Positions 46,116 to 57,890 of a stretch of 64,000 nucleotides of DNA are shown piece after piece (positions within the stretch are counted from its first letter, which is position 1; each line of letters begins with the position of its first letter). This DNA comes from an uncultured Planctomycetia bacterium (lineage in GTDB: Bacteria > Omnitrophota > Gorgyraeia > Tantalellales > Tantalellaceae). The position numbers and the translations under genes were made by a program. The DNA lies in NCBI GenBank assembly GCA_964572255.1, contig CAZNEE010000006.1, positions 11,775 to 75,774 on the forward strand, written 5' to 3'. The notes under the pieces were generated by a model. The model saw only the letters and a program-made list of their open reading frames with translations, was not told the DNA's origin and ran no database searches.

Positions 46116-48182
46116 CTAAACCTGAACCCTCCCTCTAAACCGTTCAACAATGCTCTCTTTGATGCCGGCGTGTCTATCGTCTTCAAGACGGGGATCCTCT
46201 TTTACGATCCTGAAAGCTTCTTTCCTTGCCTCTTCCATTATCGCAAAGTCTCTTACAATATTGCCGAATTTCAGTTCGGGAAGGCCGCTCTGCCTTGTGC
46301 CCAAAAACTCTCCGGGGCCTCTGGTATCAAGATCTTTTTCCGCTATCATGAATCCATCGTCAGTCTCAGCCATTGTAGATAAACGTTCGCGGGATGCTTC
46401 CGTTTTGCCCTCACCGACCAGAACACAATAAGAGGCATGTTTGCCCCTTCCGATCCTTCCTCTCAATTGATGGAGCTGCGCCAACCCGTACCTCTCGGCA
46501 TGTTCCACCATGATAACCGTTACATTGGGAATATCCACACCTACCTCTATGACAGTTGTCGCGACAAGCACATCGTATTTGCCCTCGCGGAAATCGTTCA
46601 TCACTTTATCCTTGTCCTCGACCTTCATCCTCCCGTGAACAAGGGCTATGCGCAGATCCTTGAACACTTCGTTTTTAAGATGCTCGTACATGCCTTCAGC
46701 GGAAAGAAGATCCGACTTCTCCGTATTTTTTATTCTGGGATACACGATAAACGCCTGACGGCCTTCTTTTATTTCGCTTCTTAAAAACTTGTAAACCGCT
46801 TCTCTTTTGTCTTCGCCGATCCAGTAAGTAGTGACAGGCTGGCGCCCTGCCGGTTTTTCCCTGAGAAAAGAAATATCCATATCGCCGTAGACCGTTAAAG
46901 CCAGACTTCTTGGTATCGGGGTTGCCGTCATGACAAGCGTATCCGGCATTGAACCTTTCATCCTAAGCTCTTTTCTTTGGTCAACGCCGAATTTATGTTC
47001 CTCGTCTATGACAACGAGGCCGAGATTGCCGTATTCAATACCTTCCTGAAAAAGCGAATGTGTCCCTACCAGGATATCCGCGCTCCCGGAACGGAGTTCG
47101 TCCCTGATCCTTTTTTTGTCATCCTGATCGATCCCGCTAACTAATAAACGTACATTTATCCCCAAAGGCATGAGCGTCTTACTGAGCGTTATGTAATGCT
47201 GGCGCGCAAGAACCTCGGTCGGGGCCATAATAGCCGCCTGGAAACCGTTCTGGGCAGCGAGAAGCATCGCATACATGGCAACCACGGTCTTGCCGCTTCC
47301 CACGTCGCCCTGCAGCAGCCTGTACATGGGCTTCTCGGAAGCCATATCACCTTCTATTTGTTTTATGCATTTTTTCTGTTCATCCGTAAGTCCGAAGCTG
47401 AAAAGATCCTGGAAATCGCCGAGAAGGTTCTCCTGAACTTTATGCGAGATGCCTTTCTTGGTAAGTTTTTTTCTGCGCAGCGCCATTATGATCTGGAGGG
47501 TAAAAAATTCCTCGAATACAAGCCTTCTGTAAGCCTTTTTGAGGTTTTCAAAGGAATACGGAAAATGTATGTTCTGGACCGCGAATTTAAAATCTACCAG
47601 CTTCCTTCTGGCCCTTACATATGTCGGGAGAGGATCTTTCAGATGCGTAAGATGGGATCCCAGCGCCTGATGAACTATTTTTCGAAGATATCTTTGAGTA
47701 AGGTCTTCGGTTAAGGGATATATCGGCACGATCCTGCCCATATCCAGTGAATCCGAGACCTTTTCATCATCCAATATCACAAAAACAGGATGTGTTATCT
47801 GAAATTTGTTCTGGAGTTCGATCTTACCGTAGAGCATTACTTTCTTGCCCACCGTAAAATTTTTCTTTAGAAAGGGCTGATTATACCATACGGCAAAAAC
47901 CCTGTTTTTGTCGTCCCCTATCGCCACTTCCAGTATAACGGTGCCTGTTTTTGCCTTGAAAAGATTCACGCTCAAGACCTTCCCGATAGTAGCCTGAGTC
48001 TGGCCCGGCTTCAGATCGTTTATCGAGACAATATTGCTTCTATCTTCATATCTGCGCGGAAGATAATAGAAAAGATCGGATATATTCTCCACGCCGAGCC
48101 TCTTGAAAAGGTCCGATCTTTTGGGCCCGACACCCTTTATATATCGTACGGATATGGCAACAGGTGAGTTTTTCACTTGCAT
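46116..48182 (-). CDS. recG: ATP-dependent DNA helicase RecG
   Basis: LPRRYEDR, LLQGDVGSGKT, DEEHKFG, MTATPIPRSL, QLHQLRGRIGRG, RGPGEFLGTRQSG. Confidence 0.97.
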   Translation of the reverse strand: MQVKNSPVAISVRYIKGVGPKRSDLFKRLGVENISDLFYYLPRRYEDRSNIVSINDLKPGQTQATIGKVLSVNLFKAKTGTVILEVAIGDDKNRVFAVWYNQPFLKKNFTVGKKVMLYGKIELQNKFQITHPVFVILDDEKVSDSLDMGRIVPIYPLTEDLTQRYLRKIVHQALGSHLTHLKDPLPTYVRARRKLVDFKFAVQNIHFPYSFENLKKAYRRLVFEEFFTLQIIMALRRKKLTKKGISHKVQENLLGDFQDLFSFGLTDEQKKCIKQIEGDMASEKPMYRLLQGDVGSGKTVVAMYAMLLAAQNGFQAAIMAPTEVLARQHYITLSKTLMPLGINVRLLVSGIDQDDKKRIRDELRSGSADILVGTHSLFQEGIEYGNLGLVVIDEEHKFGVDQRKELRMKGSMPDTLVMTATPIPRSLALTVYGDMDISFLREKPAGRQPVTTYWIGEDKREAVYKFLRSEIKEGRQAFIVYPRIKNTEKSDLLSAEGMYEHLKNEVFKDLRIALVHGRMKVEDKDKVMNDFREGKYDVLVATTVIEVGVDIPNVTVIMVEHAERYGLAQLHQLRGRIGRGKHASYCVLVGEGKTEASRERLSTMAETDDGFMIAEKDLDTRGPGEFLGTRQSGLPELKFGNIVRDFAIMEEARKEAFRIVKEDPRLEDDRHAGIKESIVERFRGRVQV

Positions 48183-48261
48183 AATATTTATTATTGTGCT
48201 AATATTTGCTCCTAATTCAAGGAATCTCGTGCGGATTTCATTATAAAAGAAAGGTATAACT

Positions 48262-48492
48262 ATGGCAAGAGAATGTTATATATGTGGGAAAAAAGCCTTA
48301 AGTGGAAAATCTATAAGCCGCCGCGGTATGGCAAAAAGTAAAGGCGGTGTCGGTCAAAGGATAACCGGGACAACCGCTCGCCGTTTTAACGTGAATTTGC
48401 AGACCGTAAATGCCATCATAGGCGGGAAAAGCAAAAAAATCAAAGCTTGCTCTAAATGCATTAAGGCGGGAAAAGTTAAAAAAGCGTCTTAA
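48262..48492 (+). CDS. rpmB: 50S ribosomal protein L28
   Basis: MARECYICGK..G..ISRRG...RRFNVNLQ...CSKCIKAG. Confidence 0.94.
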   Translation: MARECYICGKKALSGKSISRRGMAKSKGGVGQRITGTTARRFNVNLQTVNAIIGGKSKKIKACSKCIKAGKVKKAS

Positions 48493-48504
48493 AGCTCTAT
48501 CGCC

Positions 48505-48612
48505 TCATGCCTTGATAACCATTCTAGCAAGATTAAATCTGGCAACCTTACTCCACTTGTGCATCATATCCAGTTTTTCTTTTTCATGAATTTTCTTCAT
48601 GTGTTCACGCAT
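48505..48612 (-). CDS. Putative 35-aa small basic protein (below ORF-track cutoff)
   Basis: GGGAGG-aaatc-ATG; MREHMKKIHEKEKLDMMHKWSKVARFNLARMVIKA-TGA; fills the gap between recJ and rpmB. Confidence 0.5.
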   Translation of the reverse strand: MREHMKKIHEKEKLDMMHKWSKVARFNLARMVIKA

Positions 48613-48737
48613 GATTTCCTCCCAGATAAAATTAGGGAAATTTTATCTTACTTTACTTACACTTAAAGTTTGCCATATTTTTGCCATTTAAGCAACTTTT
48701 GTAAAGTTAACATGCTAAATCTTTTGAGGTAAAAGCG

Positions 48738-50456
48738 TTAAGATTTGACGACTTGAAGGTCTTTGATATTGAGCTGAATGGTATCGATGCCTTGCCAGCT
48801 GTTTACTGAAGGGGTGTAGGCAAGGTCTATTACATTCCCCTGACTGGGTTTGGTGACTAAGTTTTTCTTGAAAGTTACCGCTTCACATGTAAGACTGCCG
48901 CAATTGGCAAGAAACTTAAACCCGCTCTTACCTATCTCGCGGGGATTGTTTTTCACCGTTAAAGCTCTTGAGGAAAATATCGGCGCGCTATTGCCGGGGC
49001 CGTACGGCATTAACAGGCGCAATTCATTCAACAGTTTCAATCCAACATGCCCGAACGGAAGATTGAGATCTATTCTAAGTTCCGGCAATATTTCTTCAAT
49101 ATTAGTAAAAAATCTTTTAGCGATCCCGTTAAAGTTCTTTTTGAATTTATCGATATTTTCTCTTTTTACCTTAACCCCGCAAGCGGCTTCATGCCCGCCG
49201 AAATCTATAAGATCATCTTTTGCCTCCATGATGGCTTCAAACAGGTTAAAACCGTCAATGCTCCTGCCGGATCCTTTAGCCACATCGCCTTCTATCGAAA
49301 AAAGTATTACCGGCACATTATATTCCTCGGTAAGGCGTGAAGCTACTATGCCGAGAACTCCGGGATGCCATGCTTCATCCGCAAGAACAATAGCCCTGTC
49401 TTTTTTAATGTCCAGTTCTTTCCCCGCCCTGCCGGAAGCCTGTTTTAATATATCCTTCTCTATTGATTGCCGGTTCCTGTTCTCTTTATCAAGCGTTCTT
49501 GCCAGTTCGCGCGCTTTCATCTTTTCTTTGCACAAAAGAAGTTCTAACGCAACATTGGCCGAACCCACTCTTCCCATGGCGTTTATTCTTGGGGCAAGCG
49601 CAAACCCTATATGACTGCATGCAAGCGTTTCAGGATTCACCCGCGCAACTTCCATCAGGGCTTTAAGCCCAGGCCTGGTCGTATCCTGCAGTTCTCTTAG
49701 GCCGGCTTTGGTAAGGATGCGATTCTCGCCTAACTGCGGCGCTACATCGGCAACCGTTCCCAGCGCAACAAGATCCAGAAGCTCATCAACCTTTTTTTCA
49801 TTGCTCTTCATCAAAGCGCGGGCTAATTTGTACGCTACACCCACCCCCGCGAGATGTTTAAAGGGATACTTGCAGTCTTTCTGGTGTGTATCGATGATCG
49901 CATAAGCGTTCGGCAGTTCCTCGCCTTCTTTTATTTCATGATGATCCGTAATAATAACATCTATACCGTAATCATTCGCACATTTCACTTCTTCTTTGGA
50001 GTTAATGCCGCAATCCACGGTGACAATAAGTTTTACACCGTCTTCCCTGGCGCGGGCTACCGCCCTTATGTTCATACCATACCCTTCCTCCAAACGGTTA
50101 GGTATGAATGTTTCATAATTTGCTTCCAGAAAATCGAAAATGGTAGAAAGGATCGCTACCGAAGTAACGCCGTCAACGTCATAATCGCCGTAAACGAGTA
50201 TTTTTTCCTTTTTCGCTACCGCTTTATGCACGCGATCCACGGCCTTAGCCATATCCTTCATGAGAAAAGGATCATGACATTCATCAAGAGTCCCGAAAAG
50301 GAACATCTTGGCCGCATCAGGCGTTCTTATCCCGCGATTTATCAGAAGCTGCGCAAAAACACCGGATATGCCAAGCGCTTCACACAGCACTTTCTGCAGC
50401 CTCGGGTTAGCTTCGTGTTCTTTCCAGATCATGTTCATGGGATTTGTTGCGGTCAA
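48738..50456 (-). CDS. recJ: ssDNA exonuclease RecJ
   Basis: YGDYDVDG, TVDCG, TDHH, AGVGVA, LGTVADV, PRINAMGR, GSGRS, GGHEAACG. Confidence 0.97.
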   Translation of the reverse strand: MTATNPMNMIWKEHEANPRLQKVLCEALGISGVFAQLLINRGIRTPDAAKMFLFGTLDECHDPFLMKDMAKAVDRVHKAVAKKEKILVYGDYDVDGVTSVAILSTIFDFLEANYETFIPNRLEEGYGMNIRAVARAREDGVKLIVTVDCGINSKEEVKCANDYGIDVIITDHHEIKEGEELPNAYAIIDTHQKDCKYPFKHLAGVGVAYKLARALMKSNEKKVDELLDLVALGTVADVAPQLGENRILTKAGLRELQDTTRPGLKALMEVARVNPETLACSHIGFALAPRINAMGRVGSANVALELLLCKEKMKARELARTLDKENRNRQSIEKDILKQASGRAGKELDIKKDRAIVLADEAWHPGVLGIVASRLTEEYNVPVILFSIEGDVAKGSGRSIDGFNLFEAIMEAKDDLIDFGGHEAACGVKVKRENIDKFKKNFNGIAKRFFTNIEEILPELRIDLNLPFGHVGLKLLNELRLLMPYGPGNSAPIFSSRALTVKNNPREIGKSGFKFLANCGSLTCEAVTFKKNLVTKPSQGNVIDLAYTPSVNSWQGIDTIQLNIKDLQVVKS

Positions 50457-51340
50457 TCTGTTTTTCCTCTCGGCTCAACGTGAACCACTACGTCTTTTAC
50501 GTTAGGCATAGCGCTAATTATGTTCTTTTTTATTTTAACGGTGGTTGCGTGCCCCTCTTCCACGGTCTCTTTTCCATCCACTCCTATTATAACTTCCAGG
50601 AAAAGATCTATCCCGCCCTTGCGGACCATTATGCGTTTTACTTCCTTGACCCCTTCGGAAGATCTTACTATGTTCTCTATTTTATTCCTTAGCTTTTTCG
50701 GCGGAGCCGCATCCATCAGTTCGTCATACGCGGCATGAAAAGCTTCAGCCCCTATTCTGATGATAAAACCCGCGACGATTATTCCCGCAAGCGGGTCCAA
50801 AAAAGTCCATCCTAACCTTGCCCCCGTGATCCCCACAAGAGCGGCAAACGACGATAAAACATCGCTTCTGTGATGATAGGCATCAGCCCTAAGAGATGCG
50901 CTGTTTATACGTTTGCTTGCACGGATGACGCGCCGGTAAACTATTTCTTTAACAATTATGGACAAAATAGCCGCGTAAAGAGCGATCGCGTGCGGCGCGG
51001 TCATTTTCCCCAAAACGAAGATCTTCGCCGAGTCTAGCGCTATCTTTACCCCTAAAAAGATAAGAATTAACGATACTATTTTTGCCGCTATCGACTCTGC
51101 CCGGCCGTGTCCGAAAGGATGTTCTTTATCAGCGGGTTTTTTGGCGATCTTAAAACCTACCAGAACGGTCATGCTTGTCAAAGCGTCGCTTGCCGTGTGA
51201 AACGCATCAGCGATCATCGCCTGGGATCTTCCGTAAATACCGGCAAATATCTTAACAATGAAAAGAAGCAGGTTGCTGATAATGCCTACCCAGGCGCTTT
51301 TTTCGCCTATCACATAATTTTGTTCATGGCTATAGGCCAT
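50453..51340 (-). CDS. Cation diffusion facilitator (FieF/CzcD-like)
   Basis: SQAMIADAFHTASD, HPFGHGRAE, ADAYHHRSD, VVVHVEP. Confidence 0.93.
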   Translation of the reverse strand: MAYSHEQNYVIGEKSAWVGIISNLLLFIVKIFAGIYGRSQAMIADAFHTASDALTSMTVLVGFKIAKKPADKEHPFGHGRAESIAAKIVSLILIFLGVKIALDSAKIFVLGKMTAPHAIALYAAILSIIVKEIVYRRVIRASKRINSASLRADAYHHRSDVLSSFAALVGITGARLGWTFLDPLAGIIVAGFIIRIGAEAFHAAYDELMDAAPPKKLRNKIENIVRSSEGVKEVKRIMVRKGGIDLFLEVIIGVDGKETVEEGHATTVKIKKNIISAMPNVKDVVVHVEPRGKTD

Positions 51341-51392
51341 ATTTATGAATTATGAGTTGTTTGTTCTTAGTGTGCAAATAACAAACTATTAA

Positions 51393-53618
51393 CTATCTTT
51401 TAACCTTCTTGCCCGGCCAATCGAGAAGCAATGGGCTGGCAATGAATATCGATGAATAAGTACCCACTATAACGCCTACAAGAAGCACAAATGAAAAGTC
51501 ATTGATCACCTTACCGCCGAAGAAAAAGAGTGACATGACAACAAGCAAGGTGGTCAAGGACGTAAGCGTAGTTCTTGAAAGCGTCTGATTTATGCTTGCG
51601 TTAATTATCTCGACCGGCGTAGCTTTACGCATGTATTTCCTGTCTTCCCTTATCCGGTCAAAAAGCACGATCGTATCGTTTATGGAATAACCGACGATCG
51701 TAAGAAGCGCCGCTATGACCGGCAGTGAGATCTCTCTGTGTGTTATCGCTATCATGCCGAGACTGACAAGGACGTCATGGGCAAGCGCGATTATCGCGGT
51801 TATAGCAAACCTGAATTCAAATCTGAAAGAAATGTAAATACATATACCTATCAAAGCGAATATCAAAGCTTTAATAGCCGCTCTTCTAAGATCCTCTCCG
51901 ACCGCGGGGCCTACCTCCTCCACTCTCATCACTTCGAATGAATTCGCCCCAAATTGATCCTGGAGACCTTTTATGATTTCATCTGTTTTTTCGCTAAAAG
52001 AACGTATAATTATACCCTTACCCTCGCCGAACTGCTGTATGGAAGATTCTCCGAGTCCGAGTTTCGCAAGCACGCCTCTGACCTCATTGACCGATACAAC
52101 TTCATTGAACTGGAATTGCTGCAACGTACCGCCGGTGAAATCAATACCGAAATTATTCAGGCCCCTTTTGATAAAAAGGCTCATGCCGCCGATTATTACA
52201 ACGAGCGATACAATGTACATGAGTTTACGTATCTTTACGAACGGGATGTTGGGCCTTCCGAAGAACTGAAACATCGGAAGCTTTTGCAGGTGAGTTTTGC
52301 CAAGTGTAAGCAAGTCCATTACAAGACGTGTTACCACGAGCGCCGTGAACATGCTGGCAATAATACCTATGCTCAAGGTCGTCGCAAAACCCCTGACCGG
52401 ACCGGTACCGAACTGAAAAAGTATTAATGCTGTTATCAGTGTTGTTACGTTAGCGTCAAGAATGGTCAAAAACGCTTTGTCGTAGCCCGCGCTTATAGCC
52501 GCCCTTAAAGCCTTTCCCAACTTTGATTCTTCTCTTATCCTTTCGAATATAAGAACATTGGCATCGACTGCCATACCGATGGTAAGAACCAGACCCGCGA
52601 TACCGGGCAGTGTAAGTGTTCCGCCGAAATACGCCAAAGCCCCGGTTATGATCAGAATATTCAGGACAAGAGCCAAGTCGGCAATAAGACCGGCAAGAAG
52701 ATAGTATAGCGCCATGAATGAAAGGACTAAAATGCCGCCTATAAGAATAGCGTGTATACCTTTTTGAACGGAATCTTTACCGAGAGAAGGCCCGACGCTC
52801 CTTTCTTCGATGATCTTAACGGGAGCCGGGAGAGAACCGGCGCGCAGTATGAGCGCGATATCTTTAGCTTCCTGAACGGAAAAGTTGCCCGTTATCTGGG
52901 CGCGCCCTGACGGTATTCTTTCCCTTATAACCGGAGCGGTATAAACCTCTCCGTCAAGAACTATAGCCAAACGCTTGCCGGTATTAGTGCCTGTAACCTC
53001 CGCGAAGATGTCTCCGCCTTTATCATTAAACTCGAGTGAAACATACGGCAGGCCGAATCCCTGCTGGCTGAATTCTGTTGTCGCGTTGACCAACATGTCT
53101 CCGGTCAGAACCGCGTCTTCTTTTATAAGCAGTTTTTCTTCCTTCTCATCCCTCGTCTTCATCGTCTTGACTTCATAGCCTTCGATTTTTTTGCCCTCCG
53201 CAGCGCTTTTCACAAGGTCGGGATCATCAGCTACTAACTTAAATTCCAGATGAGCGGTCTTACCGATGATAGATTTGGCGCGGTCCCTGTCAGTAATGCC
53301 GGGAAGCTGTATGAGTATCCTGTCATTTCCTTGCAGCTGGATCGTCGGTTCCATTACGCCAAACTGGTCGATTCTATTGCGTATGATCTCAAGCGCTCTC
53401 TGCGGCGCATCTTTTGCCGCGTCTTTAGTTAACTCCGAGGTATCCACCTGAAGTATAAGATGCATACCGCCTTGAAGATCAAGGCCAAGGTTGATCGTGC
53501 CCTCTTTGGCGACATTTCCCTCTTTATCGTGAACATCAAAGGGAGGATATGAAAACCATATCGCTAAGGCAGCGATTATAACTACCAAAACGCTTTTCCA
53601 TTTAAGTTTCTTCCACAT
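51393..53618 (-). CDS. secDF: Fused protein translocase subunit SecDF
   Basis: LGLDLQGG, RNRIDQFGV.EP, GMAVDANVLIFERIRE, GIDFTGG, GYSINDTIVLFDRIRE. Confidence 0.97.
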   Translation of the reverse strand: MWKKLKWKSVLVVIIAALAIWFSYPPFDVHDKEGNVAKEGTINLGLDLQGGMHLILQVDTSELTKDAAKDAPQRALEIIRNRIDQFGVMEPTIQLQGNDRILIQLPGITDRDRAKSIIGKTAHLEFKLVADDPDLVKSAAEGKKIEGYEVKTMKTRDEKEEKLLIKEDAVLTGDMLVNATTEFSQQGFGLPYVSLEFNDKGGDIFAEVTGTNTGKRLAIVLDGEVYTAPVIRERIPSGRAQITGNFSVQEAKDIALILRAGSLPAPVKIIEERSVGPSLGKDSVQKGIHAILIGGILVLSFMALYYLLAGLIADLALVLNILIITGALAYFGGTLTLPGIAGLVLTIGMAVDANVLIFERIREESKLGKALRAAISAGYDKAFLTILDANVTTLITALILFQFGTGPVRGFATTLSIGIIASMFTALVVTRLVMDLLTLGKTHLQKLPMFQFFGRPNIPFVKIRKLMYIVSLVVIIGGMSLFIKRGLNNFGIDFTGGTLQQFQFNEVVSVNEVRGVLAKLGLGESSIQQFGEGKGIIIRSFSEKTDEIIKGLQDQFGANSFEVMRVEEVGPAVGEDLRRAAIKALIFALIGICIYISFRFEFRFAITAIIALAHDVLVSLGMIAITHREISLPVIAALLTIVGYSINDTIVLFDRIREDRKYMRKATPVEIINASINQTLSRTTLTSLTTLLVVMSLFFFGGKVINDFSFVLLVGVIVGTYSSIFIASPLLLDWPGKKVKR

Positions 53619-53678
53619 ATTACATTTTCCTTTCCATATAAATTTGCAACATGTATTTTTCTATTGTAAGTATGAGAC

Positions 53679-53993
53679 TTATTTCTTGAGTCTGGATATT
53701 GAACTTTTCTGAACTTTTATTCTTGTGTTATCATCCACCCGAAGAGTTATTACATCGTCCTGTATATTAACGATAGTACCGTATATGCCTCCCGAAGTTA
53801 CTACCTCGTCATTCTTTTTAAGCTCTCCGAGCATTTTTGCATGTTCCTGCTGACTCTTTTTCTGAGGCCTGATAAGCAAGAAATAAAATATGATGAAGAT
53901 CAGGGCTATAGGCAGAAGGCCCATCATGGGATTTTGCTGCGTCTGGGCCGGTTGTGCTCCGCCGGAAGCTTGCGCGAACGCTAAAGTAAGCAT
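53679..53993 (-). CDS. yajC: Preprotein translocase subunit YajC
   Basis: FYFLLIRPQKK, DEVVTSGGIYG; lies between tgt and secDF. Confidence 0.96.
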   Translation of the reverse strand: MLTLAFAQASGGAQPAQTQQNPMMGLLPIALIFIIFYFLLIRPQKKSQQEHAKMLGELKKNDEVVTSGGIYGTIVNIQDDVITLRVDDNTRIKVQKSSISRLKK

Positions 53994-54092
53994 GTTCTTT
54001 CCTTTCGGTTAACTAATTGTGGGATTAATATTAATTTTATATCGGTTTAATAATTATACATGGATTGAATGAGAAAAACAATAGCTGATTTT

Positions 54093-55564
<1,472 letters not shown>

Positions 55565-55585
55565 GTCTGGTCACCTCTTTGATTT

Positions 55586-57358
55586 TTATTGCTTATCTTT
55601 GCCCTTTCCTTTAAGTGTCTCTCCGTACATCTTCTTAACGCAATCAGGGCAAAGACCATGCGTTAAACTGGCCTTTGTCTCATCTGAAATATATTTCTCT
55701 ATCGAGACCCAAGATTTCGGGTCTTTAGGATCTTTTTGTTTTAAATGCATTTTTTTGCAGTTCACGCAAATAGGTATAAGTCCTTCTATGGTCTTGATGT
55801 GGCTTAATGCCGCTTCGAGTTCTTCGACCTTCCATTTCAATTCCTCATTTGTCTTATCTAAAAGAGCCTTCTGCTGCTGAAGTCTTTCTTCGGTCTTTTT
55901 TCTCTCGGTAGAATCCCTGAAAATACCGTGAATCAGTTTTGTCCCTCCTACATCGATAACTTTTGCGCTGATCTCAACCGGTATTTTTCTTCCGTCCCTG
56001 TGGCTTACGTAAACATCTTTTTCCTCGATCACCCCTCCCTTTCGCAAATGTTCCTTGAATATCGCTTTGTAGCGCTCGGCATCCTCCCTGGGATGGAGTT
56101 CGTATTGATGCATTCCGATGATCTTATCCGACGGCAAACCTATAAGCTCTTCGGCTTTTCTGTTCACGTAAACGATCTCTCCTGTATCTGCATCCGCGAC
56201 AAATATCGCGTCATTTGCCGCCTCCATAAGCATCCTGTATTTTTTCTCGGATTCACGCAAGGCTTCCTCGGCATTCTTGCGTTCCGTGATATCCCTCAAC
56301 ACCCCTAACATATATTTTCTGCCCGCTATGGCGACCGGCGAAGAGTTGACATCTGCCTGAAACACGCTTCCGTCCTTTCTCATCATAGGTATGTTTTTCG
56401 CCAAAGTGATCTGGCCCTTTGCCTGTTTTTCAAATTGCCTAAAAACATAAGGCAAAGCTTCCTCGGGGTGAATGTCTTTAACCTCAAGTCTTAAAAGTTC
56501 ATCCAAGGTATAGCCCAGCATCTCACACATCCTTTTATTGGCATCGAAAAACCTTGTATTGTCCATATCGGCGACCAGTATCCCGTCCATAGCTGAATTG
56601 AAAATAGCTCTTAATTTTTGCTCCGATTCTACCAGCGCCTGCTCAGACTCTCTCTGGCTTGTAACATCTTCGGCTACTTTAACAAAATGGGTGATCTCGC
56701 CGTCTTCGTTCTTTATGGGCGAGATAGCGGCTTTTTCCCAATAGATCTGGCCATTTTTCTTTTTATTCTTGAACAATCCCTGCCATTCATTGCCCTCATT
56801 TATCGTCTTCCACATTATATCCCGCTCTGCAGAAGTTTGTTCACCAATATCTCCGGCGGACCTCCCGATAATTTCCTCTTTTGAATAGCCTGTTACGTCA
56901 GTAAACCTCCGGTTCACGTATTCTATCTCGCCCTTAGTATCTGTAAGCATTATTATGCCGGGACTTTTATCTATTGCATAACTCAGCTTCCGCAGTTCAT
57001 CAGTTGCCGTCTTTTTTTCGGTCACATCCGAAGTGATCAAGACCACGTCTTCGATCTTTCCCTCCCGCTTGATTGGCCCTATGCGGGTTTCATACCATGA
57101 TATACTGCCATCCGGCCCGGTCCCCCTTATTTCATAAGTGCCGACTTCGCCTGTCTTGAAGACCTTTTCGGTGACTTCTCTTACCATGTCGTGATATTCG
57201 GGCATTATATAATCATAATGCTTACGTCCTACTGCTTCCTCAGGGGTGATCCCTGATACCGTGTGGTTGATGAACTTGATCTCACCTTTCCGATCCACTA
57301 TCATGATAATGCAGGGCGCGTTCTCAACAAGCGATTTCCATATTGCTTCAAAGACCAT
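55586..57358 (-). CDS. Multi-PAS (4x PAS/PAC) protein with C-terminal CxxC..H..CxxC domain and no kinase core
   Basis: Repeated D..G.I.YVN / DITERK signatures, a coiled coil, then LIPICVNCKK...W..IEKYI...THGLCPDC. Confidence 0.88.
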   Translation of the reverse strand: MVFEAIWKSLVENAPCIIMIVDRKGEIKFINHTVSGITPEEAVGRKHYDYIMPEYHDMVREVTEKVFKTGEVGTYEIRGTGPDGSISWYETRIGPIKREGKIEDVVLITSDVTEKKTATDELRKLSYAIDKSPGIIMLTDTKGEIEYVNRRFTDVTGYSKEEIIGRSAGDIGEQTSAERDIMWKTINEGNEWQGLFKNKKKNGQIYWEKAAISPIKNEDGEITHFVKVAEDVTSQRESEQALVESEQKLRAIFNSAMDGILVADMDNTRFFDANKRMCEMLGYTLDELLRLEVKDIHPEEALPYVFRQFEKQAKGQITLAKNIPMMRKDGSVFQADVNSSPVAIAGRKYMLGVLRDITERKNAEEALRESEKKYRMLMEAANDAIFVADADTGEIVYVNRKAEELIGLPSDKIIGMHQYELHPREDAERYKAIFKEHLRKGGVIEEKDVYVSHRDGRKIPVEISAKVIDVGGTKLIHGIFRDSTERKKTEERLQQQKALLDKTNEELKWKVEELEAALSHIKTIEGLIPICVNCKKMHLKQKDPKDPKSWVSIEKYISDETKASLTHGLCPDCVKKMYGETLKGKGKDKQ

Positions 57359-57394
57359 ATTAACCTCTTCTATTTTAAACTTTTACCTTTGTTT

Positions 57395-57847
57395 TTATTT
57401 GTCCGACCGAACCACTTCGCCATGTTCAAGATAAAATTTACCGTTCGCCGCACAGCAATAATCATAAAATGTCTCCCCGATTATGATCATTTCTGTTTCG
57501 CCCACGTTAACATCGTTAACAGCCGTAAATATTTTCTGGCCTTTTTTACCGAGAGAGACCATAAAGCCTGAAAGACCCGCGCTCTTGACCATGTTCGTTA
57601 TATCATAGGTAGCGCCTTCTTCGTTCTTTCCTTCACGATTATTGACCATGACCTTCTCCAGCCGGATAAGGCCTGCGTCTTCGTCAATAACATATCTCGC
57701 CTCGAAACCGCTGTCATCCGGTTTAAATTCCCCGTTTTCGTAAAATCCGGCAGATGTTGATCTTGTTGTAACAGTAAGAGCAAAAACACCTGAATTAAAA
57801 CAAGAACAAAAACAAATTGTTAATATTAGAATCGTTATTTTTTTCAT
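57395..57847 (-). CDS. Hypothetical secreted protein
   Basis: MKKITILILTICF...VFA signal peptide; SD AGGAG; beta-rich. Confidence 0.75.
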   Translation of the reverse strand: MKKITILILTICFCSCFNSGVFALTVTTRSTSAGFYENGEFKPDDSGFEARYVIDEDAGLIRLEKVMVNNREGKNEEGATYDITNMVKSAGLSGFMVSLGKKGQKIFTAVNDVNVGETEMIIIGETFYDYCCAANGKFYLEHGEVVRSDK

Positions 57848-57890
57848 CTCTCTCCTGTTTACCCGTAATACATCACTTGCAGCAGGCAGC

